DNA of 62,989 bases, counting the filler, from Stramenopiles sp. TOSAG23-3 (Eukaryota), in assembly GCA_900128585.1 (NCBI GenBank). It is 22 parts of 22 records of this genome, joined end to end, with 100 filler letters (N's around TTAATTAATTAA, not from the genome) between each part and the next. Parts side by side here need not be neighbours in the genome. Positions count along the whole stretch, not along the records: positions 11,555 to 14,331 come from LT644590.1; positions 14,432 to 17,206 come from LT644591.1; positions 17,307 to 20,077 come from LT644592.1; positions 20,178 to 22,948 come from LT644593.1; 18 more parts are not named here. The stretch is one strand, 5' to 3'. The notes below the pieces were generated by a model. The model ran no database searches, was not told the DNA's origin, and saw only the letters and a list, made by a program, of their open reading frames with translations. Position numbers and translations under genes: made by a program. Positions 11,555 to 22,535 of this stretch are shown in pieces. Position 1 is the stretch's first letter; each line of letters begins with the position of its first letter.

Positions 11555-11755
11555 CTTTTCAATCATCAAAATGGCCTCGTCGGGGTCCAAGTCCCGCGCC
11601 CTAGCAAAACGTAAGATTGCCATGTCATTACACTTTGGGTCCGCTCGCATATCTTCAGACAGTTTTTGTTTGATTGCAAGAACGCATTTCACTTCTTCCT
11701 CCGTCGCACCTTTAACTTGAAGGTCGCCACCCTCGTCCGCCGCTAAAGACGCCAT
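11555..11755 (-). CDS. CRAL-TRIO/Sec14 family protein, N-terminal fragment
   Basis: DMAILRFARARDLDPDEA matches the CRAL_TRIO_N pattern DxxLLRFLRARxxDxxxA; runs into linker. Confidence 0.75.
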
Positions 11756-12360
11756 CCCCTTCAAATGCAATTCCTCCGCAGTTCTGCGCTATAGAACACG
11801 AATCCTTTCACCGGTTTTCAATTATTCGTTCGGATCAACCTTATACACATTTTTCACCTTATTTATACATACAAACTTTTATGTAAATATTTCTTTACGT
11901 CTATTAAAAATAATATAATAAAAAAAAATGCCAAAAAAAAAAAGTTCAAACACAAAAAAAAAAAGAAGAAGTAATTTATTACATACGCGTAGCATCAGGT
12001 ATTTTAATTAATAAAAATACTACTATAGAGAATTATAATAATTCAACTTTATATTTATTGTTGTACCTGGTATTTAGCTGTATTATTTTTAATAATTAAA
12101 AATTAAAAAATATGAATGAACCCCGAACCAATCCCCCTCACATGATATGAAGATCTGATTTAATCTCATTTGATTGCTTATACCAAAACAACCGCTATGA
12201 AATGTGCAATGAATGACTTTTATTGCTTCGTTCCTTTACCTTCCGTTTCAAAAGAAAGCATTGAGTGGGAAAAAAAGGGGAAAACGGCACTTTTTTAATG
12301 AATCATTTTATGGGACCTTTTCTTCTTCTTTTGTTGCAAAAGTAAGACGTCAGGTTGAGG

Positions 12361-13845
12361 ATGCCCTTTGAGGTGGTGCCCGGGGAAGAGGAACATGTTG
12401 TGCTGCTGACAGAAACGAAAGAACGGGGGGACTATTGCTACCGCTTGAATGGAAAAGTAAATGCATTTTTAGTTGCGGTGCTGTGCATTGCATCGTGGAG
12501 TCATTGGGGGCATTGGCGCTTTACGGACATCAAGGGGGTTGTCACGGTCGGCAATGCCCCGCGCAAAGCCAACGTATTTTTTTCCCCTGAATCGGTAGAC
12601 GACGTGGGCAACTGCCTGCAATCGTTAAAGTTTAATGTGAATTATCAAAATGGCGGCGTTCGTCTGAGAAATTCTAAAGTCTTGAAAGCGAAATGTTCTC
12701 CCTGGGACTTTCCGGAACTGAAGCGGGCAATGGGCCTGGCTAAGAACGTGGGGCAGGTAAAGGATAGATCCTCCATATTTTATTCGATGGACGATTTTGA
12801 CCCGAACACGACGGAGGGGAAAAAAAATTTGGAAAAAATCGCCTTTGGTCACCAAGAGAAATCGTCCGAGAACAAATACCCTGGGTTCTTTGAGCACCAC
12901 GGTAGGTCCGGGTCATCCATGGAAAACCTTCGCACGGCACACCGGCTGCTTCAGAAAATGTTTGCACGGAACCCTCCGCCATCAAAGGGGCGCTGGAAAA
13001 CCTGCGCGATCGTGGGAGCATCCGATGGGTTGGATGGGAAAAACCTTGGAAGTGAGATCGACTCTCACGATGCTGTCATTCGAGTCAACGATCACCCTAC
13101 TATTGGTTTTGAAGACGACGTTGGGAGGAAAACCACATTTAGAATCATAGTGAACGATGTCCTGTACAGCATTCTGTCCCAAGTAGGAAAGCGCACGTTG
13201 GCCAAGGTGAAACTCCCAAGTAAGTGCATAGATGTGTTTAGCGGAAGTGCGACGTTCAACTACTGGGCGTCGACGGAAAGAACCGTCAACTATGCAAAGA
13301 ATAGAAACCCAAACGATTGGATGGGGTGCTACAGTGGCTACAAGGAAAATGAAACGCTGCTTTGGCACGGCTTTGGGTTCTTTCCTAATTTAAACCTCCT
13401 AAAAGCCCTGGTCGAGCACGACGATGATGTTACAAAACTTAACGTTTGGATAGCGAAAGAAGGTATTTTTCGAGATAGATTTAGAGCCGTGTTTCCTTAC
13501 ACAAACATTGGATCGATTGCAGATTCCCAAGGCGAGAAAGTGTGGAGGGCGGCGTTCGGGTTCTGCGATAAAGTAAGCCTGTACGGTTTTTCGTTTCGAG
13601 GCGACGCCATGGGGTACAAATATTATTGGGGAGATGCAAAGTCCTCAAAAAAAATTGGGTCTCCCTACTTCTTGGCGTTCATGCGTTCAAAATGGCCAAA
13701 TTCAACACGACCATATGATCCAGACAAGCATTGTAGAAGAAGCAACATTGCTCGGCTTGCAGTGGCAGGCTGTATGGGGCTTCCCCTTCGCTTTGGGGAT
13801 GGGCCAGAGGAATACATTGACTATCTGAATGGGTTTAGTATTTAG
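12361..13845 (+). CDS. Sialyltransferase-like protein (GT29), type II membrane
   Basis: N-proximal TM; sialylmotif L CAIVGASDGL..LGSEIDSHDAVIRVN.PT.GFEDDVGRKTTFR; motif S AAFGFCDKVSLYGF. Confidence 0.85.
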   Translation: MPFEVVPGEEEHVVLLTETKERGDYCYRLNGKVNAFLVAVLCIASWSHWGHWRFTDIKGVVTVGNAPRKANVFFSPESVDDVGNCLQSLKFNVNYQNGGVRLRNSKVLKAKCSPWDFPELKRAMGLAKNVGQVKDRSSIFYSMDDFDPNTTEGKKNLEKIAFGHQEKSSENKYPGFFEHHGRSGSSMENLRTAHRLLQKMFARNPPPSKGRWKTCAIVGASDGLDGKNLGSEIDSHDAVIRVNDHPTIGFEDDVGRKTTFRIIVNDVLYSILSQVGKRTLAKVKLPSKCIDVFSGSATFNYWASTERTVNYAKNRNPNDWMGCYSGYKENETLLWHGFGFFPNLNLLKALVEHDDDVTKLNVWIAKEGIFRDRFRAVFPYTNIGSIADSQGEKVWRAAFGFCDKVSLYGFSFRGDAMGYKYYWGDAKSSKKIGSPYFLAFMRSKWPNSTRPYDPDKHCRRSNIARLAVAGCMGLPLRFGDGPEEYIDYLNGFSI

Positions 13846-14431
13846 AAAAAAGACTTAAAAGTATATTAAATACTCTTATCGTAGTTTTAAAGAAGGTTTA
13901 GAGAAGAAGAAACAAAAGTATTAAGCCTCCTTTTTCTGAAATTATTATTTTTAAAAAGAGCTTTTTTCCAGTAACCCCTCATATAATATGATTATTATTC
14001 CTAATAATTAGATCCGAAAATCGGTGATGAAGTGGTATGCTATTGCCTGTACTTTTTCACTTGGCGCAAATGTCCAGGCACAGAGCACCGACTAACTTTT
14101 TTGGGGGCAAAACAACTATTAAAAAAAACAAAAACAAAAACAACTTTAAAAAAATACGAACCAACAACCTTCCATTCGTCCGTCCGTCGGTTGTTCTTTT
14201 TTTTTTTCTTCCATCATCATATAATATTAATATTATCTCATCATCATCAACAAAACAAGAAAGAAGAAGAAGAATTCACTTTCTTTTCTTTCTAATAAAT
14301 AATAAGAAAATAAAAACGTTAAGAAATGAAANNNNNNNNNNNNNNNNNNNNNNNNNNNNNNNNNNNNNNNNNNNNTTAATTAATTAANNNNNNNNNNNNN
14401 NNNNNNNNNNNNNNNNNNNNNNNNNNNNNNN

Positions 14432-14680
14432 GAAAGAAAGGAAGGAAGGAAGGAAGGAAGAAAGAAAGAACTCAAAAGAAAGAAAGAAAGAACTCAAAAG
14501 AAAGAAAGAAGAGAAAAAAAAAAAAAGAAGAAAAAAAAAAGAAGAAAAAAGAAAAAAAAGAAGAAGAAGAAGAAGAAGAAGAAAAAAAAGAAAAAGAAGA
14601 AAATATATGAAATATAATATTATAATAAAATAATAATAATAATAAAAAATTACCGAAGAAAGAAGAAGAAGAAGAAGAAG
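14432..14680. repeat. Purine-rich microsatellite (GAAA/GAA) with 22-bp CTCAAAAGAAAGAAAGAAAGAA units
   Basis: Direct inspection; the same unit occurs inverted at 17101-17206. Confidence 0.85.
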
Positions 14681-15071
14681 GGAACCACGAAAACCCTCGT
14701 AGGTATTCTAATTGAGGTTATGATTAGGGTTATAGTGTTGTGTGGTGGAGGAGAGAATAAGAATCATCATCATCACATAAGAGATATAATAGTCGTCTTC
14801 TACGTATATTATATCTATAATATTAATACTGATAGTTTATTTTATCATATTGCTTTGTATCACAAAGGATTTGAAAGAAATGTTTTTGTTACCTCTTATA
14901 ATTTTAAAATTTTCACACGAAAAAAAACCCTACTCTTGCACGCTGAAATAAATCATCCTATGCGAACGTTTCGAATGCGGCAGTCCTTGCCTTGTTTCCT
15001 CCCTGGGGACGCCGGCCTGTGGCCCCTGTCCCACTCACAACAAAGCGACGATTTACATCTCGACTGTTTAT

Positions 15072-16469
15072 TTATATCTTGTCTTTGCAGAAATTTTCGA
15101 TCCACTCTGGCGTAACCGACTTTGGTCGTTCCAATGGAAGGCCAAGGGCGCGGTCCCAAAACAACTGACTGAGGCAACCGAAGGTGCGGGAAACGCCGAA
15201 CAAGACGGTGTAGTAGTCTTGTTCGGTGAAGCCGTAGTGCCACAGCAAGCAACCGCTGTGGGAGTCAACGTTGGGCCATGGGTTGGCGGCCTTTCCGTGC
15301 TCGCGAAGAACGTCTGGGACAACTTCAAAAATAGTGCCGACAATCTTGAACAGCGCATCGTCTGGCATGTGTTTCAAAGCAAACTCTCGCTGCGCCGTGT
15401 ACCGCGGGTCGGTTTTGCGAAGGACGGCGTGGCCGTACCCTGGGATAACTTTGCCACTGTTCAAGGTTTCCCACGCGAACTCCCGGATGGTGTCGTGGTT
15501 TACTTCCAAGCCCTTCGAGTCAAAGTGCTCTTGTACGTCAATGATCCACCTCAAGACTTCCTGGTTGGCTAGGCCGTGGAGGGGCCCCGCGAGGGAGTTC
15601 AGCCCTCCCGCCATTGACAGGTACGGGTCGGCAAGGGTGCTCCCGACCAAGTGCGCGGTGTGGGCGCTCGCGTTCCCACCTTCGTGGTCGGTGTGGATCG
15701 TCAGGTACAGGCGCATGAGCTCGTCGAACTGTGGCTTGTCGAACCCAAGCATGCGGCAGAAGTTGCCGCTGTAGTCTAGCGAGTCGTCGTAGGCGGCCAC
15801 GACGCCGTCGTGGTAGGTTTGGCGGTAGATGATGGCCGCGATCTCCGGAAGGCGGGCGATCAGGTCCAGGGAGTCCTCGAGGGTGTAGTCCCAGTAGTCC
15901 ATCTTGGACGCCCCGGCGGCGTAGGCGGCGGCAAACTTGCTCTCGGTCTGGAGGGCCATGACGCCCATGGACAGCTGCGTCATGGGGTGCATGCCTTTGG
16001 GGAGGGAGCGCAAGAGCGGCTCGACGTGGGAGGGGAGCTTCGCCCGGGCGTGCAAGTCCTTGGTCAGGCCTTCCGTCTGCTCTTTGGTGGGGATTTCCCC
16101 GGTCAGGAGCAGCCAGAGGAGGGCCTCCGGCAACGGTTCGTCGTTCTGGTCGCCACTATAAGTCGGGAGGGTCTCCTGCAAGTCGTCGATGGTGTGCCCT
16201 CGAAAGCGGATCCCCTCGTCCGCGTCTAGCAACGACGTCTCCCATACCATACACTTCACACTGCGGGCGCCGCCCATAGCCTGCTCCACCTTTACGTCGC
16301 CGAGGGACACGTCGCCGTACTTCTTCTTCATGTCCACCCACGCGGCACGCTTGGAGTCCAACTGGCCCTCTAGCGTTTCACGCAAGGTCGAGGCCAGGCG
16401 AAAGTTCCGGAAGGCCGCCGAGGTGGACGGACGGACGAAACGGGCTTGGTTTGCAATTTTGGAAAACAT
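15072..16469 (-). CDS. CS: Citrate synthase, mitochondrial
   Basis: Arg/Ser/Ala-rich presequence; DHEGGNASAH, GPLHGLANQEV, VIPGYGHAVLRKTDPRY, NPWPNVDSHSG. Confidence 0.98.
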   Translation of the reverse strand: MFSKIANQARFVRPSTSAAFRNFRLASTLRETLEGQLDSKRAAWVDMKKKYGDVSLGDVKVEQAMGGARSVKCMVWETSLLDADEGIRFRGHTIDDLQETLPTYSGDQNDEPLPEALLWLLLTGEIPTKEQTEGLTKDLHARAKLPSHVEPLLRSLPKGMHPMTQLSMGVMALQTESKFAAAYAAGASKMDYWDYTLEDSLDLIARLPEIAAIIYRQTYHDGVVAAYDDSLDYSGNFCRMLGFDKPQFDELMRLYLTIHTDHEGGNASAHTAHLVGSTLADPYLSMAGGLNSLAGPLHGLANQEVLRWIIDVQEHFDSKGLEVNHDTIREFAWETLNSGKVIPGYGHAVLRKTDPRYTAQREFALKHMPDDALFKIVGTIFEVVPDVLREHGKAANPWPNVDSHSGCLLWHYGFTEQDYYTVLFGVSRTFGCLSQLFWDRALGLPLERPKSVTPEWIENFCKDKI

Positions 16470-17100
16470 TTTGGAAAACTTACTTCTTTTGTAGTTATTT
16501 CGTTATATTGTGCTGAATAATTATTTTGGGTATTTCAATAGGTAGAGTAAAGCGAGAGAAAGTTTTCGTTTGGTCAAACACTTTTTCCCAAACCCTCTTT
16601 TCGTTTCAGAGAAAGAAAGAAAGACAAAATAAAAAAGACTTCATTATTATTATATATATTCTCTCTCTTCTTCTTCTTTTTTTCTTCTTTTTTTTCTTTT
16701 TCTTCGTTGTTGTTCTATTATAATAATACCGTATTACCAAAGAAGAGCATCGTCTCCTTCTTCTTCTATTAGTTTATTATTTTATTATATAAGTTTAATA
16801 TGGATATAGCATCAAGTTTTTAATTATAGTAATAATAGTAAAAATCATAATAATTATTATATATAAGGGTATAAGGAGGAGGGAGGAGGGAAAGGAGGTC
16901 GGTTCTTTCTTTCATTTTTTGTTATTTCTTTCTTTTTCCAGATGTCGCGTCACCAGTTATTTATAGTTCAATCTTATCCACTCCTTTCACCTTTTTTTCA
17001 TTTATCTATACTTATTAAAACAATTAATAGGAAATAAGTATACCTTTTTGTAATTATAGGAAATTGCGAAAAGAGAGAAGGAGGGGAGGGAGGGAGGGAG

Positions 17101-17206
17101 TTGAGTTCTTTCTTTCTTTCTTTTGAGTTCTTTCTTTTGAGTTCTTTCTTTCTTTCTTTTGAGTTCTTTCTTTCTTTCTTTTGAGTTCTTTCTTTCTTTC
17201 TTTTGA
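17101..17206. repeat. 22-bp minisatellite (TTGAGTTCTTTCTTTCTTTCTT)n
   Basis: About 5 tandem copies at contig end. Confidence 0.9.
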
Positions 17207-17306
17207 NNNNNNNNNNNNNNNNNNNNNNNNNNNNNNNNNNNNNNNNNNNNTTAATTAATTAANNNNNNNNNNNNNNNNNNNNNNNNNNNNNNNNNNNNNN
17301 NNNNNN

Positions 17307-17729
17307 CCCTTCGTTTCGCACCACCAATCCCGACTGTGCTGACTCTGGGATTGCATCGCACAGAAAGCCCTGGCTCACGATGTCTTCGTCGATTACCACC
17401 TCGTAAAACGCGCGGTTGCAAAGTTTCAGGTATCGGACCACCCAGAAATTATGAAACGAGAACTCGTACGTCGTTTCTATTTTCCTGTTCGGCAACGGCC
17501 GGTTCACCCCAACGTTCTCCGAGTCCCCTTGCACAGGTTTTTCAAACTCGATGTTTACTGCGACGTCAAAGTAACCAACCCTCACCCCCCTGCCGCATTT
17601 ATCCTTGTACGGGGACACGTACGTCCTCTCCAGGAAATGATGATACTCTTTCGCCCCGGGCACGGCGTGCTTTGAACCGAAGCACACTGTTGCAAGCAGG
17701 CACAAAAAGGTGGATAGCCTCCACCGCAT
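17307..17729 (-). CDS. Signal-peptide protein, possibly a divergent TM9SF/EMP70 luminal domain, 3'-truncated
   Basis: Signal peptide MRWRLSTFLCLLATVCFG; SENVG..RKIETTYEFSF and YEVVID..GF loosely recall EMP70. Confidence 0.4.
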
Positions 17730-18230
17730 AGTCTGATTGTGCAAGCACAGCCTCGCGTTCGTCGAACTTCCTTGCATGCGCAGGGAGACAGCTGCTGAAA
17801 ATCAGAAACGAAGAAATGTACAGTGCCGGTGCTTAAAAGACTGCTTGGTGCATGTGAAATGGTCAACGTGTAATAATTATATTCGACATTTCAAAAAATA
17901 ATAATAATAATGCCTTCTTCTCTTCCACATTTTTTTTTATTTTCAATTTTTTTATTATTATTAATATTAGTAGTGTCTGTCCTATTAATATCATCTATTC
18001 TGTTATTTTAATTAGAACAGACTATTCGTCCATCCCCAACAACAACAATGGCTATTACATTAGATTATTATATTTATAGAAGACACTAAAAACAGCAGCG
18101 GAGTAGCGGTATAATATTAATATCAAATATAAAAAAACAAACACCGCGTTTTTTTTCTCTCTAAAATAAAAATGGTTTTATTATTTTTTTCTGCTGCTGC
18201 TGCCTGTGGATGTACGTAACTATTGAAATT

Positions 18231-18525
18231 AAGAAGAAGAGAAGAAAGAAGAAGAAGAAGAAGGAAAGAAGAAGAGAAGAAAGAAGAAGAATAAGAAGGA
18301 AAGAAGAAGAAGAATAAGAAAGAAGAATAAGAAGAAGAAAGAAGAAGAAGAAAGAAGAAGAAGAAAGAAGAAGAAGAAAGAAGAAGAAAGAAGAAGAAGA
18401 AAGAAGAAGAAGAAGAAGAAGGAAGAAGAATAAAGAAGAAGAAGAGGAAGAAGGGCGGGCGCCAGGCGCGGCGGAGAAGAGAGAGGAGAGAAGAAGAGGA
18501 AGGAAGGATAAAAGAAGAAGAAGTA
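18231..18525. repeat. (GAA)n microsatellite; similar tracts at 20178-20283, 23049-23143, 31655-31792, 43200-43370
   Basis: Direct inspection. Confidence 0.95.
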
Positions 18526-18902
18526 AATAAAAAAATAAAAAAAAAAAAATAATTACTTACAGTATTTTAGTAATAAAAAAAAGTACCAAGTATTATATTA
18601 ATAATAGTCGTCTAGTCTATTATATTATACAATTAAATAAAAAAAAAAGGAAGAAAAGAAAATGTCTTATTTAAAACGATGATCTGATTGATTATCTTCT
18701 GAATAAGTCCTTCTTGTGTATAGCATTTGGTAAGGTTTAAGAATAGAAGATATACAGTATCTTTAGATAGTCGTCTACTCCGTTAGAAGGTGAACAGTTT
18801 GATACGGCGCGTCAGTATTGAATTTTGCCACCCGTTCGCTCTTCACCCGTTCGCTCTCTCCGCACGCTTGGGCTTGTTTGGTTTCTTTCCCCGCTGCGCT
18901 AG

Positions 18903-19895
18903 ATGTTCTGCGCGCTTCCGAAATCTGTCCGCTTCTGGGCTCGTCGACCGTTGTTAAACAAGAAAGCATTCGAATCGTCCAGTGCGCGGCGTTGCCCGCC
19001 AGCATACGCACGTTACTCTAGTGCGCCTAGCAACGGTGGCGAAGAGGCAGAAGCTACTGGCCCGCAGACGCAAACGGTGTGCAACTGGTATTGCCCAGGC
19101 CTGGATCGAAAGTACCAGGACGGGGCACGCTTTTACGAGGTAGACGGGAGCAATGGGGAGAAGAGACTTCTGCCCAGCGTAACGTCTGTGCTGGGCATGA
19201 TAAATAAGCCTGGGCTGAACTATTGGGCGGTGAACATCACCTTGAAAGCACTGGAAAAAACGTACACGTCTTTGAGCCAACAGCGCGACGACAAGCTTAT
19301 TGTCATGGGCAAGGCAGAGATGAAAGGCATTCTAGACCGTTCGAAAAGCACACAAAAGGATTTTCTGCAGTCCGCCGCAGACCTGGGAACGCGTACGCAC
19401 GACACCATCGACCGTATCATCCGTGGGGAGACGGACGGGATGATCGTTGATGAGGATTGTCGGCAAGGGGTAAAGAATTTTTGGGATTGGTGGAGCACAA
19501 GCGGTTTTGTTTTGGACCCGCGTGGGGACTCCATGGTCTACTCGCTTAAGTACGGCTTTGCGGGGGCCGCAGACGCGATTGCGTTGAACGAGAAAGGGGA
19601 TTTGGTGGTCCTGGATTTTAAAACGTCCGGTGCAGTTTACGATACGCATGGGATTCAGGCCGCTGCGTACGCAAAGGCGCTAGAAGAGCAGCTTCTTGGG
19701 CATGGGGTCCCACCAGAACAGGCGCAGGTGAAGGAGGCGTACATTGTTCGCATTGAAAAGCATAAACCAGGGTATGAAGTGAAGCGTGTCGATAACATTG
19801 AAGAATCCTTCAATGCGTTCAAGGCAGCATTGTATTTATGGCATTACAATCGCGGGGAGAAAATGACACAGACTCATTTTTATAAAGACAAGTAA
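18903..19895 (+). CDS. Mitochondrion-targeted PD-(D/E)XK exonuclease, MGME1/phage RecB-like
   Basis: Arg-rich presequence; LPSVTSVL, GTRTHD, FAGAADAI, VLDFKTS, QAAAY. Confidence 0.85.
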   Translation: MFCALPKSVRFWARRPLLNKKAFESSSARRCPPAYARYSSAPSNGGEEAEATGPQTQTVCNWYCPGLDRKYQDGARFYEVDGSNGEKRLLPSVTSVLGMINKPGLNYWAVNITLKALEKTYTSLSQQRDDKLIVMGKAEMKGILDRSKSTQKDFLQSAADLGTRTHDTIDRIIRGETDGMIVDEDCRQGVKNFWDWWSTSGFVLDPRGDSMVYSLKYGFAGAADAIALNEKGDLVVLDFKTSGAVYDTHGIQAAAYAKALEEQLLGHGVPPEQAQVKEAYIVRIEKHKPGYEVKRVDNIEESFNAFKAALYLWHYNRGEKMTQTHFYKDK

Positions 19896-20513
19896 ACAGA
19901 CATAGACAAAAACATTTTTAAAGAATTTTTATTGAAATATTTACAACACAGCAAACAAGAACTTGAACCACTGTTTTTTATTGCGGACGGAGAATGGGGC
20001 AAGTGGCATGTGATGGGGAGGAAGAAGGAGACTTCAGCAGGGAGCAGTACGACCGGTAGTATAATATGATGATCAAGNNNNNNNNNNNNNNNNNNNNNNN
20101 NNNNNNNNNNNNNNNNNNNNNTTAATTAATTAANNNNNNNNNNNNNNNNNNNNNNNNNNNNNNNNNNNNNNNNNNNNGAAGAAGAAGAAGAAGAAGAAGA
20201 AGAAGAAGAAGAAGAAGAAGAAGAAGAAGAAGAAGAAGAAGAAGAAAGAAGAAGAGGAAGAAAGAAGAAGAAAGAAGAAGAAGAGCAACAACACATCATA
20301 ATAACGAACATCATCCTTTTTTTTTTTAGAATTTTTTGTTTTTGTTGTAAGTGAACTTCTTTGTAAATATATTTAAAAATATGATGGATGCATTCTGTAT
20401 AAGAAGAAATGAAATTGGAAGAAAGAATGAAAGAATGTATGTACATGGATTATATTTATTTTTTTATAAATGGGATAAATTTAAATGAGAACAATTGAAA
20501 GGGTCATGAGTAA

Positions 20514-22535
20514 ATGAATTTCACAAACCCGTTTAAAAATGGTGGGATTGCAATCACTCCGGGCCAACCCCGGTTTGGGGGAAGGCAGCAAAACCGACTT
20601 CACCGCCCGAAGCTTCCAAATTTCATGGTGAGTGGGCAAGGTGCGGAGTGCGTCTTTACGTTCGGTTCGGGTGACCATGGCCTTCATGGAAATGGTGGGA
20701 CTAAGTTTACGTGGAAGAACAATTTGACACCGTCCATGGTGAAGAAATTGGCGGCCAAAGACTTTATTGGGCTTGCCTGTGGACCCAACCACACCTTTGC
20801 AGTGACGAAGGAGGAGGGCATGTACGGGTGGGGATCTGGCGCGTATGGCAACTGCATACCGGCGTCTGCGGCCCCAAGCCACGCGTTGCCGTTCAAAATA
20901 ACAGACGGCGATGTCTTGAAACAGAACCGGATCGTTCATGCCGCATCGACAATTTTTCAAACGTGCGCCCTAGCAGACAGTGGGGACGTATACGTGTGGG
21001 GGGACAAGAGCGTCTATTGGAGCAAGCTGAACATGGAGACTTTGCTTATGGACAACGACACCGGGGATGGTGACAAATTCAAAATAGAAAGAATCCCAAG
21101 CCTTTGCCAAAAGCGCGTGGTACAGCTTGCAGCAGGGTACAGCCATTTTCTGTGCCTAAACGCGGGTGGGACGGTCTACTCGTGGGGAGAGAACACCTAC
21201 GGTAAGCTCGGCCACGGCCACGAAAGAAAATTGCAAGAGCCAACGAGGGTCAAAGAATTGAAGTGGATGCAGGTCGCTGTGACTTACATTGCCGCGGGGG
21301 ACAACCATAGTGTTGTTGTGGGCACGATGAACGGGGAACGGGTGAGTCTTTCGTGGGGGAAATGGGATGAGCGGCTCGGCCATGGGGACACCTATCCAAC
21401 CGGGGTCGTCGAACCAGTGCTCCCAAGGAAGCCAAGGCGGCATGCATTTGGTCGATTGACTTACCAGCAGCTTTTTGTCGAAGCCAAAGCGAGGAACCTG
21501 GAAAGAAAGCAACACAAGGAGGTGCTTCTCGGTCACATTATGGAGTACGAGTGGGAAAAGTATAGAATAGAAGTAGAGAAAAGAGTCCGAGAAGCCAAGC
21601 GCCTGTCCGAGCCCCGCCTCAAGCACCCGAAGCTAATTCCTGCGTTGAGAAGGAGCAAAGTCTTTCAAGCGTATTGTGGAGAGTGCCATACCATCGCGCT
21701 GGATACGAAAGGTGACGTTTATGCGTGGGGTAAAAATCAACATTGCCAACTCGGGCTGGGAGATACCAACCCCCGCAGCAAGCCTGTGAAGATTAGAGGG
21801 CTGAAAAACATTGCTTTCGTCGCCGTGGGCGCCCGGCACTGTATGGCCGTCACGAAAAGGGGCGAACTGTTGGCCTGGGGGGACAACCAGTACGGGCAAT
21901 GTGGTCATGGAGATGCCATTCAGAGGAGCGTTCCTCGAGTCATTTCTAGCTTGTGGGGCTATGCTGTTAATTTTGTGGCCTGCGGCACTCGGCATTCGGC
22001 TGTCATCACCACTAGACCCCGTAGCAGCCTGAACGGAAAGATGGTCAACCATAAGTTCATGCCATGGAGACACTCTGATGGGAAGGAAAACGGTATCTTT
22101 CACTGTGGCCAGAAAGCCTCGCCGCTGCTGGCGCCACCAACGTTCAATTACAAAGTGAAGGCCATGGAAGGAAAAGGTGAGAAAACGCAGGAAAACCGCA
22201 CCGACAATCGACCGCCTGAATGGCTCAAATTAACGTACGAAGCGGACGCGGACAACAAGTTTACCGAGCGAGTCATGACAGACAGAAAGCTGTGGACCTT
22301 AGGGTACCATAATTTTATAGAAAATGAAAGCCATGTACGAAGTCGTGCAAACAAGGTTTGCGAAACGTTCCAACAGGTGGACGAGCGAAATTTTCGGCTT
22401 CGAGACGCTTATTTTAGACGAAAGAAAGCCGTACGGGCTGTGAAAGTAATCGGACGAGCGTGGAAGCGGTATCGTATTTCCAAACGAAAATGGGGGATGA
22501 GAAGGCTCCAGAGGATTCAAAATAGAATTAGATGA
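20514..22535 (+). CDS. RCC1-repeat protein with C-terminal IQ-like motif
   Basis: Blades VYSWGENTYGKLGHG, VYAWGKNQHCQLGLG, LLAWGDNQYGQCGHG; C-terminal AVKVIGRAWKRYR. Confidence 0.88.
   Translation: MNFTNPFKNGGIAITPGQPRFGGRQQNRLHRPKLPNFMVSGQGAECVFTFGSGDHGLHGNGGTKFTWKNNLTPSMVKKLAAKDFIGLACGPNHTFAVTKEEGMYGWGSGAYGNCIPASAAPSHALPFKITDGDVLKQNRIVHAASTIFQTCALADSGDVYVWGDKSVYWSKLNMETLLMDNDTGDGDKFKIERIPSLCQKRVVQLAAGYSHFLCLNAGGTVYSWGENTYGKLGHGHERKLQEPTRVKELKWMQVAVTYIAAGDNHSVVVGTMNGERVSLSWGKWDERLGHGDTYPTGVVEPVLPRKPRRHAFGRLTYQQLFVEAKARNLERKQHKEVLLGHIMEYEWEKYRIEVEKRVREAKRLSEPRLKHPKLIPALRRSKVFQAYCGECHTIALDTKGDVYAWGKNQHCQLGLGDTNPRSKPVKIRGLKNIAFVAVGARHCMAVTKRGELLAWGDNQYGQCGHGDAIQRSVPRVISSLWGYAVNFVACGTRHSAVITTRPRSSLNGKMVNHKFMPWRHSDGKENGIFHCGQKASPLLAPPTFNYKVKAMEGKGEKTQENRTDNRPPEWLKLTYEADADNKFTERVMTDRKLWTLGYHNFIENESHVRSRANKVCETFQQVDERNFRLRDAYFRRKKAVRAVKVIGRAWKRYRISKRKWGMRRLQRIQNRIR

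Noticed and set aside
18903-19895. Cas4 call for the PD-(D/E)XK nuclease
   Set aside because: Lacks the C-terminal Fe-S cysteine cluster and has an organellar presequence
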